Shown: positions 1 to 8,833, numbered from the stretch's first letter. The stretch is DNA of 64,000 nt from a virus (IMGVR_UViG_3300037313_000659:5085-69084); one strand, 5' to 3'. The notes: generated by a model not told the origin, from the letters alone. Made by a program: numbers and translations.

Positions 1-506
1 GCCCAATCGACCGCTGCTTGGTTCTCCCAGGGTTTTCCGCGGAAGACAGGCGACTTGATGCCGTCGAGTTCGAGCTTGAAACCCTCGGTGTCACCCAGTC
101 CGATCAGCTTGAACAGCTGGTCACGGCAGATCAGCAGCCGGCGGCTCTTGGGTGGCGTGAGCTCTTTGGGCAGGAAGGTGAGACGCTCCTCGTTGCGGTC
201 GGGGAGCCACATCTTCTGCGCGATCTCGCGCAGGCAAGGACCGCGGAGCGTCAACTTCTCCCAATGCTCCGGCGTGAAGCACTGACCGGCGCGGCCGAGG
301 TTTTTGTAGACCTCCCAAATGCCGCCCTTCTGAATGACGCGGGCGAAGTTGCCGTTGCGGTTGATGATCGCGAAGTCGGCGTCTTCCGCACCGCAGGTGT
401 CCCACCAGAAGATGTGCGCGTCGGCGAGGATCGATTCCGTCTGCGCGGGACAGCCGGAAGCGACATATCGCTCCAACCGTTGACGATCAGCAGGGAACAA
501 CGACAC
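1..506 (-). CDS. Hypothetical protein, runs off the left edge (missed by ORF track)
   Basis: GTG at 506 preceded by GGAGGAGG; open frame MSLFPADRQRLERYVASGCPAQ...KPWENQAAVDW with no stop before position 1. Confidence 0.65.
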   Translation of the reverse strand, partial: MSLFPADRQRLERYVASGCPAQTESILADAHIFWWDTCGAEDADFAIINRNGNFARVIQKGGIWEVYKNLGRAGQCFTPEHWEKLTLRGPCLREIAQKMWLPDRNEERLTFLPKELTPPKSRRLLICRDQLFKLIGLGDTEGFKLELDGIKSPVFRGKPWENQAAVDW

Positions 507-533
507 TCGAAACCTCCTCCGCAGCACCGCGCT

Positions 534-555
534 GCATTTGTGTCACTACACATGC
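534..555. promoter_or_regulatory. 22-bp phage box copy (GCATTTGT-GTCACT-ACACATGC)
   Basis: Matches the dispersed motif; upstream of the 506 start. Confidence 0.7.
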
Positions 556-726
556 GGTTTGACGGGTGCAAGTGGGGATTTATGCGCTTCACCGCATAAC
601 CGCGATTTATGCGGTTTAGCGTATCAAACGAACATCGACGGGAAGCGCGCTAGAATGCGCTGTGAGCGCGTCGGGAGCGATCTAGGTCTCTGCGTAGCGC
701 GAGCGTCTAGCGCGCGCTGGTGAGCG

Positions 727-1011
727 TTACAGACGGGAAGAATTATACTCCGACCACATGGCGTCCCAGTGCTCGTGATGCTCCTGGGCGCACGACCGAC
801 ATAGACCGATCTGGCGGTTCGGATCCTCGGCGCTGTCGGGTTCGCCCTCGAAGTGATATTGCGTCCGCGAGCATTCGAGCTCCACGCCCTCGGTCTCACC
901 ACACGCCTCGCATTTCTCTTTCCGCTCGGCGAACTCGAACTCGCGTAGGATTTTCCCGACCTCCTGGTCGGTGAGTGGCTCGATCGTGAGCGGTTCAACG
1001 TCCAGCAGCAT
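727..1011 (-). CDS. Hypothetical protein with CxxC...CxxC/His cluster
   Basis: 94 aa ORF with CEACG and CRSCAQEHHEHW; overlaps the upstream gene end. Confidence 0.6.
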   Translation of the reverse strand: MLLDVEPLTIEPLTDQEVGKILREFEFAERKEKCEACGETEGVELECSRTQYHFEGEPDSAEDPNRQIGLCRSCAQEHHEHWDAMWSEYNSSRL

Positions 1012-1363
1012 GCCCCGCCGCCATTTCGTCGACCGAGCCGTAAATGTCGTCGAGCGCCGCGGGCAGGAGTCTGTCGGGGTCGCGCAGACCTAGCCGCTCT
1101 GCGATCTGCAACATCTGGTTGGGGGCGCCGCACTTCTCGATGAAAGCCATGGCACCAGCGCACATCTGATCGCCGAAGCCAGGGCGATAGATGCCCTCAT
1201 CCTCGTCGTCGATCTCGCCACTGATCGTCTTATGGCAGGTGAACGTGACGTTCCCCTCGGTGACCGCGAGCGCGATCTCCCTCGCTCGCTCTGGATGCAG
1301 ATAACCGCCGGCGCTCGGCCGGAAGGGACACTGCGGACACGGCTTGCGAAGGTCGAAGCGCAT
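995..1363 (-). CDS. Cys-rich phage hypothetical protein
   Basis: PCPQCPFR...FTCHKT...MCAGA pattern; TGATG coupling at 1363. Confidence 0.7.
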   Translation of the reverse strand: MRFDLRKPCPQCPFRPSAGGYLHPERAREIALAVTEGNVTFTCHKTISGEIDDEDEGIYRPGFGDQMCAGAMAFIEKCGAPNQMLQIAERLGLRDPDRLLPAALDDIYGSVDEMAAGHAAGR

Positions 1364-1536
1364 CAGGTGTCCAGGATGCGCTTCGCTTCGAGCATGCCGC
1401 CGGTGCTGACCTGGCGCAGCGCTCGTGATGCCTCGCCGATCTTGCGCTGCAAGCGGTCCAGTTCCTTCATCGTCGCTTCCTCACCACGGCTCACAACCAT
1501 GCGAGCGTAGGGGCTCGGCTGGTAATTGTCAGCCAT
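1363..1536 (-). CDS. Small hypothetical protein (57 aa, not in ORF track)
   Basis: MADNYQPSPYARMVV...KRILDT; TGATG-coupled at both ends. Confidence 0.55.
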   Translation of the reverse strand: MADNYQPSPYARMVVSRGEEATMKELDRLQRKIGEASRALRQVSTGGMLEAKRILDT

Positions 1537-2141
1537 CAGGCGAAGTGCCTATCGAACGCGAACGCGGACAGCTTGCGGTAGGTCAGCGACAGCCGCGGTC
1601 CACAGTCAGCGACCGAGCTCTTGGGGATCCTGTGCTGATACTCGCGCTGGAACCCCGCTGGCATGACGAGCAAAGAGCCGTGCCCAAGCAGTTGCTTGGT
1701 GACGTTCTCGCCGCTGTTGTCGCCCTTCGGCCGGAACCAAATCTCGCGCTCGCTTCCCAGCGACACGACCGCGATGGGATGATCGTGCTCCATCTCCGGC
1801 GAGTCGTCAGCATGCCAGCCCAGGTGTTGGCGTCCATGCTCGTAGCCGTTGACGAAGCAACAGTCGAAGCATGCACCATAGGCGGTGCTGATGCCGTTCA
1901 TGAGATACCACAGCACCTTGCCCATGTCGGAGCAGCTTTCGGTGAGGCCGAGCGGGTGTGCCTCGTAGGTGCGCGCAAACTCGCCTGTTCCGTAGGTGTA
2001 GGGCATGTCGAACGGGTTGAACCAGCACTCACGCCGCGGAGCACCGTCGCGCTGCTCCCACGGAAGCTCTGCCCACAGGCGCTGCATCCATTTGTCAGCA
2101 ACGCCCTTCGACATGAACTGCGGAATGTAGTCGGGTGTCAC
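1536..2141 (-). CDS. AlkB-family 2OG-Fe(II) dioxygenase (ALKBH2/3-like)
   Basis: WHADD (HxD), AVVSLGSER, QHRIPK and RLSLTYR motifs; GTG start at 2141 overlaps the upstream TGA. Confidence 0.85.
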   Translation of the reverse strand: MTPDYIPQFMSKGVADKWMQRLWAELPWEQRDGAPRRECWFNPFDMPYTYGTGEFARTYEAHPLGLTESCSDMGKVLWYLMNGISTAYGACFDCCFVNGYEHGRQHLGWHADDSPEMEHDHPIAVVSLGSEREIWFRPKGDNSGENVTKQLLGHGSLLVMPAGFQREYQHRIPKSSVADCGPRLSLTYRKLSAFAFDRHFA

Positions 2142-2773
2142 GCGGCGACTTCGGTCAGTTCGAGCGTGTCGTTCGACGGCGGCAGACCCAGCTGGGCGTT
2201 GAGCGCGCTGAACTGCACGGCAGGAAGCTGCGCTTTCGGAGCGGGTGCGTGAGCGTCGATGATCGGCTGCGCGAGCGGCATTGCCTCCGGCCACTGGCTC
2301 TTCAGTTGTGCGACCGTCTTGAACTTCTTGAGGGTGTCCCACACGGTCTGCGACATCGTGTAGCGCTGCTTTTCCAGCGCCTGGGTGGCTTCACCGTAGG
2401 CGACCGCGCGCTTGGCGAGATCGTCCTCGCCTTCGAGATCGAGGCGGTAGCGCTTGTCCCAGTTCTTCGCCGGCAGAGCAGCTTCCTCCGCGGGGAAGCT
2501 GCGACCGCTCCCGTCGAAGGTGCTGACAAGCTGAATATCGATGCAGGGGCCACCAGCGTTCACGCTGACGAAGCCGTTACCGAACAGGTCGGGGATTGCC
2601 GCCTGGACGACACCGAGCGCATCGCGGGTTTTCTTGTCGAACAGCCGCTCGATCACCGCGCGACGAATTGCGATCGCCTCGGCATCGAGCAGTTCGATGC
2701 GGTCCTTGAAGGCGTGGACGATGATCGCCCTGCGAATGCCCGCCCGCATCATGTCATTGATTCGCTGTGTCAC
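2138..2773 (-). CDS. Nmad5-like (nucleotide-modification-associated) phage protein
   Basis: C-terminal KTVAQLKSQWPE...LPAVQFSALNAQLGLP resembles Nmad5; GTG at 2773 with GAGGAG RBS. Confidence 0.6.
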   Translation of the reverse strand: MTQRINDMMRAGIRRAIIVHAFKDRIELLDAEAIAIRRAVIERLFDKKTRDALGVVQAAIPDLFGNGFVSVNAGGPCIDIQLVSTFDGSGRSFPAEEAALPAKNWDKRYRLDLEGEDDLAKRAVAYGEATQALEKQRYTMSQTVWDTLKKFKTVAQLKSQWPEAMPLAQPIIDAHAPAPKAQLPAVQFSALNAQLGLPPSNDTLELTEVAA

Positions 2774-2801
2774 TGATTTCTCCTCGTCGTGTAGCTGGAA
2801 A

Positions 2802-2825
2802 GCATGTGTGTCATTAAGCACATGC
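2802..2825. promoter_or_regulatory. Phage box variant (GCATGTG-N10-CACATGC)
   Basis: Palindromic arms; lies between a terminator and the 2773 start. Confidence 0.65.
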
Positions 2826-2851
2826 TTTCGAGCGACTCAAGCGGGAAAGTA

Positions 2852-2882
2852 AAGGGGCAGGTGCTTCCATCACCTGCCCCTT
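2852..2882 (-). terminator. Rho-independent terminator
   Basis: 12-bp stem AAGGGGCAGGTG/CACCTGCCCCTT followed by a T-rich tail on the minus strand, just after the stop at 2888. Confidence 0.75.
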
Positions 2883-2887
2883 GTTGG

Positions 2888-3616
2888 TTACGCCGCGATC
2901 TTGACCAGTTCGTCGGCGAGGTTGTTGTCCTGGAGGACGAGATCCTTGGATCCGTCTTCCTTCGTCGCGAGACCGATCAGCGGGAACAGCGCCGTCATTT
3001 GCTGCGACTGCGCACGAGCCGTGCCGAGCGACAGACCTTTGGTCTGGAACATATCGGCGAGCGACTTGCCGTTGACGCGGCCCTGCTCCTTCAGATGCGC
3101 GACCGCATCGGCGGTGTAGCGCGAGAGCTTCTTGCCGCTCTGAACCGCGGCAATGACGTTCTCGGCCTTCTCGCGCACCTTCTTGGCGCTGATGCCGTCG
3201 AGGTTCGCCTTGAGGGTCGCCTCGTCGATCGACGCGACAGCGGTGAAGTCCCGCATGACCGTCGCCGGCGCCTTGGTCCCGCTCTTGCGAGGGGTCTTGG
3301 CGTTGTCGATCGCCGCGAGAACCTCGTCGTCGGTCGGCTCCGGCACATCGTCCGCGGTGACTTCCGGCTCGGTCGTTGTGACCGCTTCGGGAGCGCTTTC
3401 GTCCGCGAGCATGTCGAGGACGGCGGGGTCGACTTCCGCGACGACCGTCTCGGCAGTCTCGGCGTCGTCGTTGCTCGCCTCGATCACTTCGGCGCCCTGG
3501 TCACCAGCGGTGCCTTCGGGAGCGACACCGACCGCGTTGCCGTCGATCTGCGTCACCGTTCCGCCGTCACCGCTGTTTGCGGCTGCGGGGTTGCTCTTGT
3601 TCTTCCTGCGACTCAA
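2888..3616 (-). CDS. Hypothetical protein, acidic N-half and basic helical C-half (possible DNA-binding)
   Basis: TTG start at 3616 after GAGGAG; clean codon usage; followed by a terminator. Confidence 0.75.
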   Translation of the reverse strand: MSRRKNKSNPAAANSGDGGTVTQIDGNAVGVAPEGTAGDQGAEVIEASNDDAETAETVVAEVDPAVLDMLADESAPEAVTTTEPEVTADDVPEPTDDEVLAAIDNAKTPRKSGTKAPATVMRDFTAVASIDEATLKANLDGISAKKVREKAENVIAAVQSGKKLSRYTADAVAHLKEQGRVNGKSLADMFQTKGLSLGTARAQSQQMTALFPLIGLATKEDGSKDLVLQDNNLADELVKIAA

Positions 3617-4025
3617 TTTCGTTCTCCTCGTCTGTGTCGGTTGCAACACCATGTTGCTCCGATGAGTCGTCAGTAGATGTGTGTTGTTCACCCTGCAAAT
3701 GGCTTACAGCATCAGCGTCGGTGGCTTCCGTGCTCTCGCTCGCGCGCGATATATAAGAAGACTCGCGACGAACGTGCCGCTCGACCTCACCGACCGCGGC
3801 TTTCAGCTGCGACAGCGCCGTGATCTCGGCGGCGTCGTCGGAGTCAGCGATTGCCAGGCCGAGACCTGCATCCCACTCGCGAATCAGCGACAGTGGATCC
3901 TCGCCGCTGAACTCGAAGCCAAGCAGACCGCCTTCGACAGTGACGGTTGCCGCGGCGCCGTTCATCGGCTCCAGGACGGCGGGGTTCGCGTGAAGTGCCG
4001 CAGGGCAGGCGATGGAAATCTTCAT
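3567..4025 (-). CDS. Hypothetical protein
   Basis: ATG at 4025 with GAAAGG RBS and a TATAGT-like element upstream; the C-terminal part runs through the next gene's leader. Confidence 0.5.
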   Translation of the reverse strand: MKISIACPAALHANPAVLEPMNGAAATVTVEGGLLGFEFSGEDPLSLIREWDAGLGLAIADSDDAAEITALSQLKAAVGEVERHVRRESSYISRASESTEATDADAVSHLQGEQHTSTDDSSEQHGVATDTDEENEIESQEEQEQPRSRKQR

Positions 4026-4068
4026 TGGATATGCCTTTCTCTCACTATACGGATTTTGAGCCGTTTCC

Positions 4069-4611
4069 CTACGGCACGAACCAGCCGAGCCGACGCCCCT
4101 CGAAGAAGCATCGAGCCATCACGCCAACGTCATATTCTGCGGCGTGCGCCTGGGTCGGGTCGTAAGGAATATCGAGGGACGCCGCGAGCTCACCGAGCTT
4201 CGGCAGCTTCCCGTTGTGCGTTGCCCACCGAGCCTGCTTCATGGTGTCGAAGGTCTTGGGCCAGGTGCAGGGCAGGTGGATGCGGGCGAACTCGCGCCGC
4301 AGAAAGTCGAAATCGAAATCGTCGCCATTGTGAGCGACCACGAGTGCGGCCGGCTGGACGGTGCCGACGATATGCGGTGCGATCAAGTCCCAGGTCGGCT
4401 CGTTCTTGAGCATGTCGAGCGTGATGCCGTGGACCTTCTGCGCCTTCGCGTTGATCTTCACGCCGAGCGGGTTGATGCGCCAGGTGAAGGTCTGCTTGTG
4501 CTCTTCCGTGTCCAGGTCGTAGATCGAGCAGCACGCCTCGATGATGCGCTCGCTCGGCTCGTTGACGCCGGTCGTTTCGAGATCGAGGAAGTTGACGGTG
4601 TTCACTTGCAC
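4069..4611 (-). CDS. DEDDh 3'-5' exonuclease (DNA Pol III epsilon-like)
   Basis: LDLETTG, AHNGDDFDFDFL and HAAEYD motifs. Confidence 0.9.
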   Translation of the reverse strand: MQVNTVNFLDLETTGVNEPSERIIEACCSIYDLDTEEHKQTFTWRINPLGVKINAKAQKVHGITLDMLKNEPTWDLIAPHIVGTVQPAALVVAHNGDDFDFDFLRREFARIHLPCTWPKTFDTMKQARWATHNGKLPKLGELAASLDIPYDPTQAHAAEYDVGVMARCFFEGRRLGWFVP

Positions 4612-4724
4612 ATACCCATCCAGATGAGGACTTGGTTGCCCGCCGCCAGGCCGAGGATTACCGCTGCCACGATCAGGGAGCGGCGCCTCTTCGCCTGCAC
4701 TCGGAGGACTTCATTGCCTGTCAA
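4602..4724 (-). CDS. Small membrane peptide (40 aa)
   Basis: TTG overlapping the upstream TGA; basic stretch then hydrophobic LIVAAVILGLAAGNQVLIWM. Confidence 0.45.
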   Translation of the reverse strand: MTGNEVLRVQAKRRRSLIVAAVILGLAAGNQVLIWMGMCK

Positions 4725-5122
4725 AGGGAGACTCCATCCCTCGACGCCAGTCGAAGCTCGACCCCATTCGTGGTCTTGCGCTTCGGACCAGGACGCCGGT
4801 CGGGCTTCGGATGCCTGACCTGCAACAGGACCGCGGAGACCTTGCGCTTGGTGCCGTCGAGGAGCTCGGCGAACAGGTCGACCGCCTTGACGTTCGCAAG
4901 CATCGGCTGTTCGGCGCGCAGCTTCTCTTCGAGGGCGATCTGCACCGACTTGCTCGACAGCTGGACGAACCGGCCGTTCGCCGGTGGCGGCGTGTCCTCG
5001 ACCAGGGTCTCCGGCGTTGCCGTGCCGCCGCAGTTGTTGTTCGGGCAGTAGGCGCCCAGGACCGGCGCATGCTGCATCGGGGTGCCGCACACATCGCAGG
5101 TTGGTTCGACGGGGACGCCCAT
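4721..5122 (-). CDS. Zn-ribbon hypothetical protein
   Basis: CDVCG...CPNNNC near the N-terminus; TAATG coupling at 5122. Confidence 0.6.
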   Translation of the reverse strand: MGVPVEPTCDVCGTPMQHAPVLGAYCPNNNCGGTATPETLVEDTPPPANGRFVQLSSKSVQIALEEKLRAEQPMLANVKAVDLFAELLDGTKRKVSAVLLQVRHPKPDRRPGPKRKTTNGVELRLASRDGVSL

Positions 5123-5748
5123 TATTCGTAGATCCTCGTGGTGCCGGTCGCCATGCGCAGCTTGCGGTTCGCAGCTGCCTCGCGAATGTGACCAGTGACG
5201 AACTTGACCCGCTCCGGCAGGCTCGTGACTTCCCAGGGGAGCTCCACTGCGACCGTGAGCCATTCATCGCGGTCGAGCAGCAGCGAGCGGCACAGCAGGT
5301 GATGGTGCATCTGATACGCCAGGTTGTAGGGAGGCTTGCCGTCCTCGCTGACGAAACCGAGTGCCGGTGGGACCAGGACCAGCAGGTCGAACCGCTTGAA
5401 TGCCTCGCGGGTCGCGCTCTCGACATAGACCATCGCCTTCTCTTGCGCTCCGCGATCACCAGCGCTCGCGGTTGCGTCTGCGAGAAGGTATGCAGCGCAG
5501 TCGATCGGCGAGCGATCGGCAACGAAGTTGTCACCGACTTGCCCTTCGAGCAGCGCATCGAGGATGGCTTGCTGCATCGGGATGCCGTTCGAGACTTCGA
5601 GGCGGTTATCGAGCGCCATGTTGAAGCCATGCTCGGCGACGATCGCCGAGGTTCCAGAGAGAACCGTTTCGATGCCGAGCCGCTGTGCGACAGCTTTGGC
5701 GAGGGTGGTCTTGCCCGTTCGGTGGGCGCCGCAAAATCCGATACGCAT
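5122..5748 (-). CDS. P-loop nucleotide kinase-like protein (AAA_28/NadR-type)
   Basis: N-terminal GAHRTGKTTLA Walker A and ADRSPID motif. Confidence 0.8.
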   Translation of the reverse strand: MRIGFCGAHRTGKTTLAKAVAQRLGIETVLSGTSAIVAEHGFNMALDNRLEVSNGIPMQQAILDALLEGQVGDNFVADRSPIDCAAYLLADATASAGDRGAQEKAMVYVESATREAFKRFDLLVLVPPALGFVSEDGKPPYNLAYQMHHHLLCRSLLLDRDEWLTVAVELPWEVTSLPERVKFVTGHIREAAANRKLRMATGTTRIYE

Positions 5749-5996
5749 CAGTAGTCCTGCTGTCCTTCAGCTTTGGGGTTGAGGAGATCGAGGCGGGTCC
5801 AGGTCTGGAAGCCCGTCGCGAAGGGGTTCGTGTCGTTGTGCTGGCCGCCGCCGTCGCCCTGCATGAACTCACGCCAGAGGACTTCATGGGTGCCGGTGAG
5901 CTCCACTCGCCGGCCGTCCCAGCCGATCAGCAGAACGGTGATGATGGGCTCCTCGTCGGGGCGATCGAGATCGCCATACATGAAATTCTCGTGCAT
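5748..5996 (-). CDS. Hypothetical protein
   Basis: 82 aa; start lies within a 22-bp box; TGATG coupling. Confidence 0.6.
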   Translation of the reverse strand: MHENFMYGDLDRPDEEPIITVLLIGWDGRRVELTGTHEVLWREFMQGDGGGQHNDTNPFATGFQTWTRLDLLNPKAEGQQDY

Positions 5997-6008
5997 GTGT
6001 GTTTCTAC

Positions 6009-6599
6009 CTATGCAGTGATGCCAAGAAGAAGGCCGTGCTTCGCCTGCCGGTGAACCTCCGCTGCGAGCTTGGGCTCCGGCGCGACCCAGCCTTCCGGCT
6101 TCACGACCTTGCCGTCCGCATTCTTCACGACCGTCGCCACACCGTCGATCATGTGCATCTTGCTCATGTTCCCATCGAAGTGAACGATGTCGAGCAGCGA
6201 CTGCGGCAGCACGCCGATCTCGACGAGGGTGCCGAGCGCGAAATAGATCAGGTCGATCATGGCATCGCACTGGTCCACGACCGTCTGCTTGTCGGGGTCG
6301 AGGAACTCGTCGATCTCTTCGCGCATCCACTTGGCGCGGATCTCGGCGCGAGCGAACTCCATGAGGGTCGGCCGATCAGCAACGGGGTGGCCGAACGCCT
6401 CATGGAACCTGCGCACGAGCAGGAAGGCGTAATCGAGTCCCTGGAACAGGGACGGCGAGACCATTGGCTCCGTGCTGTTGTCGCCGGTGAAGAGGTTGGG
6501 GGCGCCTGGCGCGGCGCCCCCGTTGTCGGCGAGAAGGGGGTCGCCGAGAGTTTCGGTGAAGCCTGCCTGCAGGTCTTCGGGATATGCAAGATGGGACAT
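6009..6599 (-). CDS. NTP pyrophosphohydrolase (MazG/PRA-PH-like)
   Basis: FHEAFGHP, REEIDEF, DAMIDLIYFALG, NMSK and GKVVKPEGW motifs. Confidence 0.8.
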   Translation of the reverse strand: MSHLAYPEDLQAGFTETLGDPLLADNGGAAPGAPNLFTGDNSTEPMVSPSLFQGLDYAFLLVRRFHEAFGHPVADRPTLMEFARAEIRAKWMREEIDEFLDPDKQTVVDQCDAMIDLIYFALGTLVEIGVLPQSLLDIVHFDGNMSKMHMIDGVATVVKNADGKVVKPEGWVAPEPKLAAEVHRQAKHGLLLGITA

Positions 6600-7498
6600 T
6601 AGAACCTCGCGAGGTTGGCGCTGCGGATCTCGGCGAGACCATCGTTGCCGACTTGCTCTTCGAGCGCAGCGAAGAAATTGGGGGCGTAGTCGCGGCAGTT
6701 GTCGAGCAACGCGACAGCCAGGCGCCTGATCTCCAGGTCGGCCGGCTCGCCACCGCGGAGCGTCAGCATGTGGAACATCTGGCGCAGGTTGACGGTGAAG
6801 AGGAGGCGGGTCTCGGTCGCATTGGGGAGCACCGCGCGGGCCGCTTCATTGGCGCGCTTCTGCGCGCTGGTTGCCAGCTTCACATCGCCGGCGTCTGCTG
6901 CTGCGTGGGCCTGTTCGCACAGTTCCTTCAGCATGGGTTGGATTTCGATGTAGTCGTCGAGCGCGCGTTGGCAGCTTTCGCGGAACTTCATCATCAGCTT
7001 CCAGGCCACGCCCTCGCTGGCTTCTGGATCGTAGCTGTTCGCGATCAGCGGCGGGACGACGAAGCGAATGTCTTTCGCATCGACGTAGCGCTGGCTCTCC
7101 TGGCTGTATGCTGTGCCGACGCGGTGACGGATAAGCTCGTGGGTGAGGGAGCGTGACACGCCGGTCAGCTGAAAGGCCATGCTCGCATGCTCGAACACCG
7201 AGCCGTGACCCATCGCCTGGACGTTCGCGATATACTCTGCGTTGCCCCGACCCTTGCGCCAGCTGCGGTAGCACTGACGGCCACCGAACTCGGCAAGGTC
7301 ATCACCGTTGCCGCCGCGCTCGTTGTCGTTCTCATAGACGCGACCGACGAGATCGAAGAGGGGTGTTCCTGGGATGATCGCAATGTCCTCGGCACCCGAA
7401 AGGACGATTGCATCGTCGAGGCCGGCATTCACAAAGACGGTGTTCGCTACCATGGCGACTCCTGGCGCAAAAACCAGGCGGTCAAAATCCAACATCAT
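6599..7498 (-). CDS. thyX: Flavin-dependent thymidylate synthase
   Basis: GHGSVFEH, SRSLTHELIRHR, SQESQRY and ARAVLPNATET motifs. Confidence 0.93.
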   Translation of the reverse strand: MMLDFDRLVFAPGVAMVANTVFVNAGLDDAIVLSGAEDIAIIPGTPLFDLVGRVYENDNERGGNGDDLAEFGGRQCYRSWRKGRGNAEYIANVQAMGHGSVFEHASMAFQLTGVSRSLTHELIRHRVGTAYSQESQRYVDAKDIRFVVPPLIANSYDPEASEGVAWKLMMKFRESCQRALDDYIEIQPMLKELCEQAHAAADAGDVKLATSAQKRANEAARAVLPNATETRLLFTVNLRQMFHMLTLRGGEPADLEIRRLAVALLDNCRDYAPNFFAALEEQVGNDGLAEIRSANLARF

Positions 7499-7640
7499 TA
7501 GTTGCCCTCTTCGCTCTTGTTCGTGACTGCATCGCGACTCGTGTGTGTGTCGCTCTGCATGCGAATCGGTCTAAGTGCGTGTGCTGACCGATGCAACACT
7601 TATTTTGTGTTCAATGACACAACTCGTCGCATGGGCGTTG

Positions 7641-8600
7641 CTAGAATACATCACCCCAATCGCCAGCGGTCGCCGCCTTCGAGTATTCCGTCGCTTGCTG
7701 CTCGAAGAAGTTGGCGTGCTCGATACCGACTGCCATGCCGTCGACCCAGGGCAGGGGGTTCTCTTTGACGCCGTAGATCGGCGCTTGCCCCAGTCCCCGC
7801 AGACGGAAGTCGGCCATGTAGCGAATGTAGCGCTTCATCTCCGCGGCCGTCAGACCAGGCACTTCACCGCCGGTGTGGGCGAACGACAGATCGATGAACG
7901 CGTCCTCGTTGGCGACCGCCTCCTGTGCGACCTCCACGATACGCTGCGCGAGATAGCCGCGATCGATGCCGTCCGTCTCGGCCAGGTAGGCGTGGAACAG
8001 ACGCATGATGCCCTCGCAGTGAAGGCTCTCGTCGCGCACGGACCACGAGATCATCTGCCCCATCCCCTTGAGCAGGTTCTGCCTGGGGAAATTCAGGAGC
8101 ATGGCGAAGGATGCAAACAGCGCCAGTCCCTCGCCGAAGGCCGAGACACCCGCGAGGCTCAATGCGACCTCGGTGGGGTTGTCCTGGTTGAAGCTGTGCA
8201 TGAACTCGTGCTTCTTCCGCATCTCCTCGTAGTCGAGGAAGGCGTGATACTCGGACTCGGGGAGGCCGAGCGTGTCGAGCAGGTGGCTGTAAGCCTGAAT
8301 GTGGATGGTCTCTGCGTTCTGGAACGCCGACAGCATCATCGAGACCTCGGTGGGCTTGAAGATGCGCTGATAGATCGTGTGGTAGGACTTATGCACGTCG
8401 ATGTCGGCCTGGACGAACATGCGGAAGATGCTCTCGATCAACGACCGCATGGCCGGCGCGAGCGCCTTGTAGTCAGCAACGTCCTGACCCATCGGAACCT
8501 CTTTCGCGAGCCAATGGACGTTCTGCTGCGTCTCCCAAAACTTGAAGGCCCAGGGATACTTGAACGGCTTGTAGGTCTTGGATTCAGTCGTGAGGCTCAT
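7641..8600 (-). CDS. nrdB: Ribonucleotide reductase class I beta subunit
   Basis: Di-iron ligands (ETIHIQAY, GEGLALF, RDESLH) and NFFE tail; start trimmed to MSLTT at 8600. Confidence 0.95.
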   Translation of the reverse strand: MSLTTESKTYKPFKYPWAFKFWETQQNVHWLAKEVPMGQDVADYKALAPAMRSLIESIFRMFVQADIDVHKSYHTIYQRIFKPTEVSMMLSAFQNAETIHIQAYSHLLDTLGLPESEYHAFLDYEEMRKKHEFMHSFNQDNPTEVALSLAGVSAFGEGLALFASFAMLLNFPRQNLLKGMGQMISWSVRDESLHCEGIMRLFHAYLAETDGIDRGYLAQRIVEVAQEAVANEDAFIDLSFAHTGGEVPGLTAAEMKRYIRYMADFRLRGLGQAPIYGVKENPLPWVDGMAVGIEHANFFEQQATEYSKAATAGDWGDVF

Positions 8601-8833
8601 GGAAGGATTCCGAATGCATTGAAGAGGAGGCGGCGGAAGCGCGACCGGATCTCCATCGGGCAAGCGGTGATCCGCTCCCAGCTGGTGTAGATGCCGTAGA
8701 AGTCCTGTCGCGGAACCTTGTGGTAACGGGGCTTGGGTTCGCCGCAGCCGAGCTCGCGTGCGTCGATCTCATTGCGACCGCAGTGGGTGCAGAAATACTT
8801 GGCCTTCTGCCGGCGCCGGTTCCCGATCATCAC
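8597..8833 (-). CDS. Hypothetical protein (CxxC)
   Basis: GTG/ATG at 8833/8830 coupled to the upstream stop; FCTHCG. Confidence 0.55.
   Translation of the reverse strand: MMIGNRRRQKAKYFCTHCGRNEIDARELGCGEPKPRYHKVPRQDFYGIYTSWERITACPMEIRSRFRRLLFNAFGILP

Noticed and set aside
640-725. TAGCGCG-like repeats as replication iterons
   Set aside because: Short, irregular and expected in high-GC DNA; no adjacent rep gene or AT-rich melt region.
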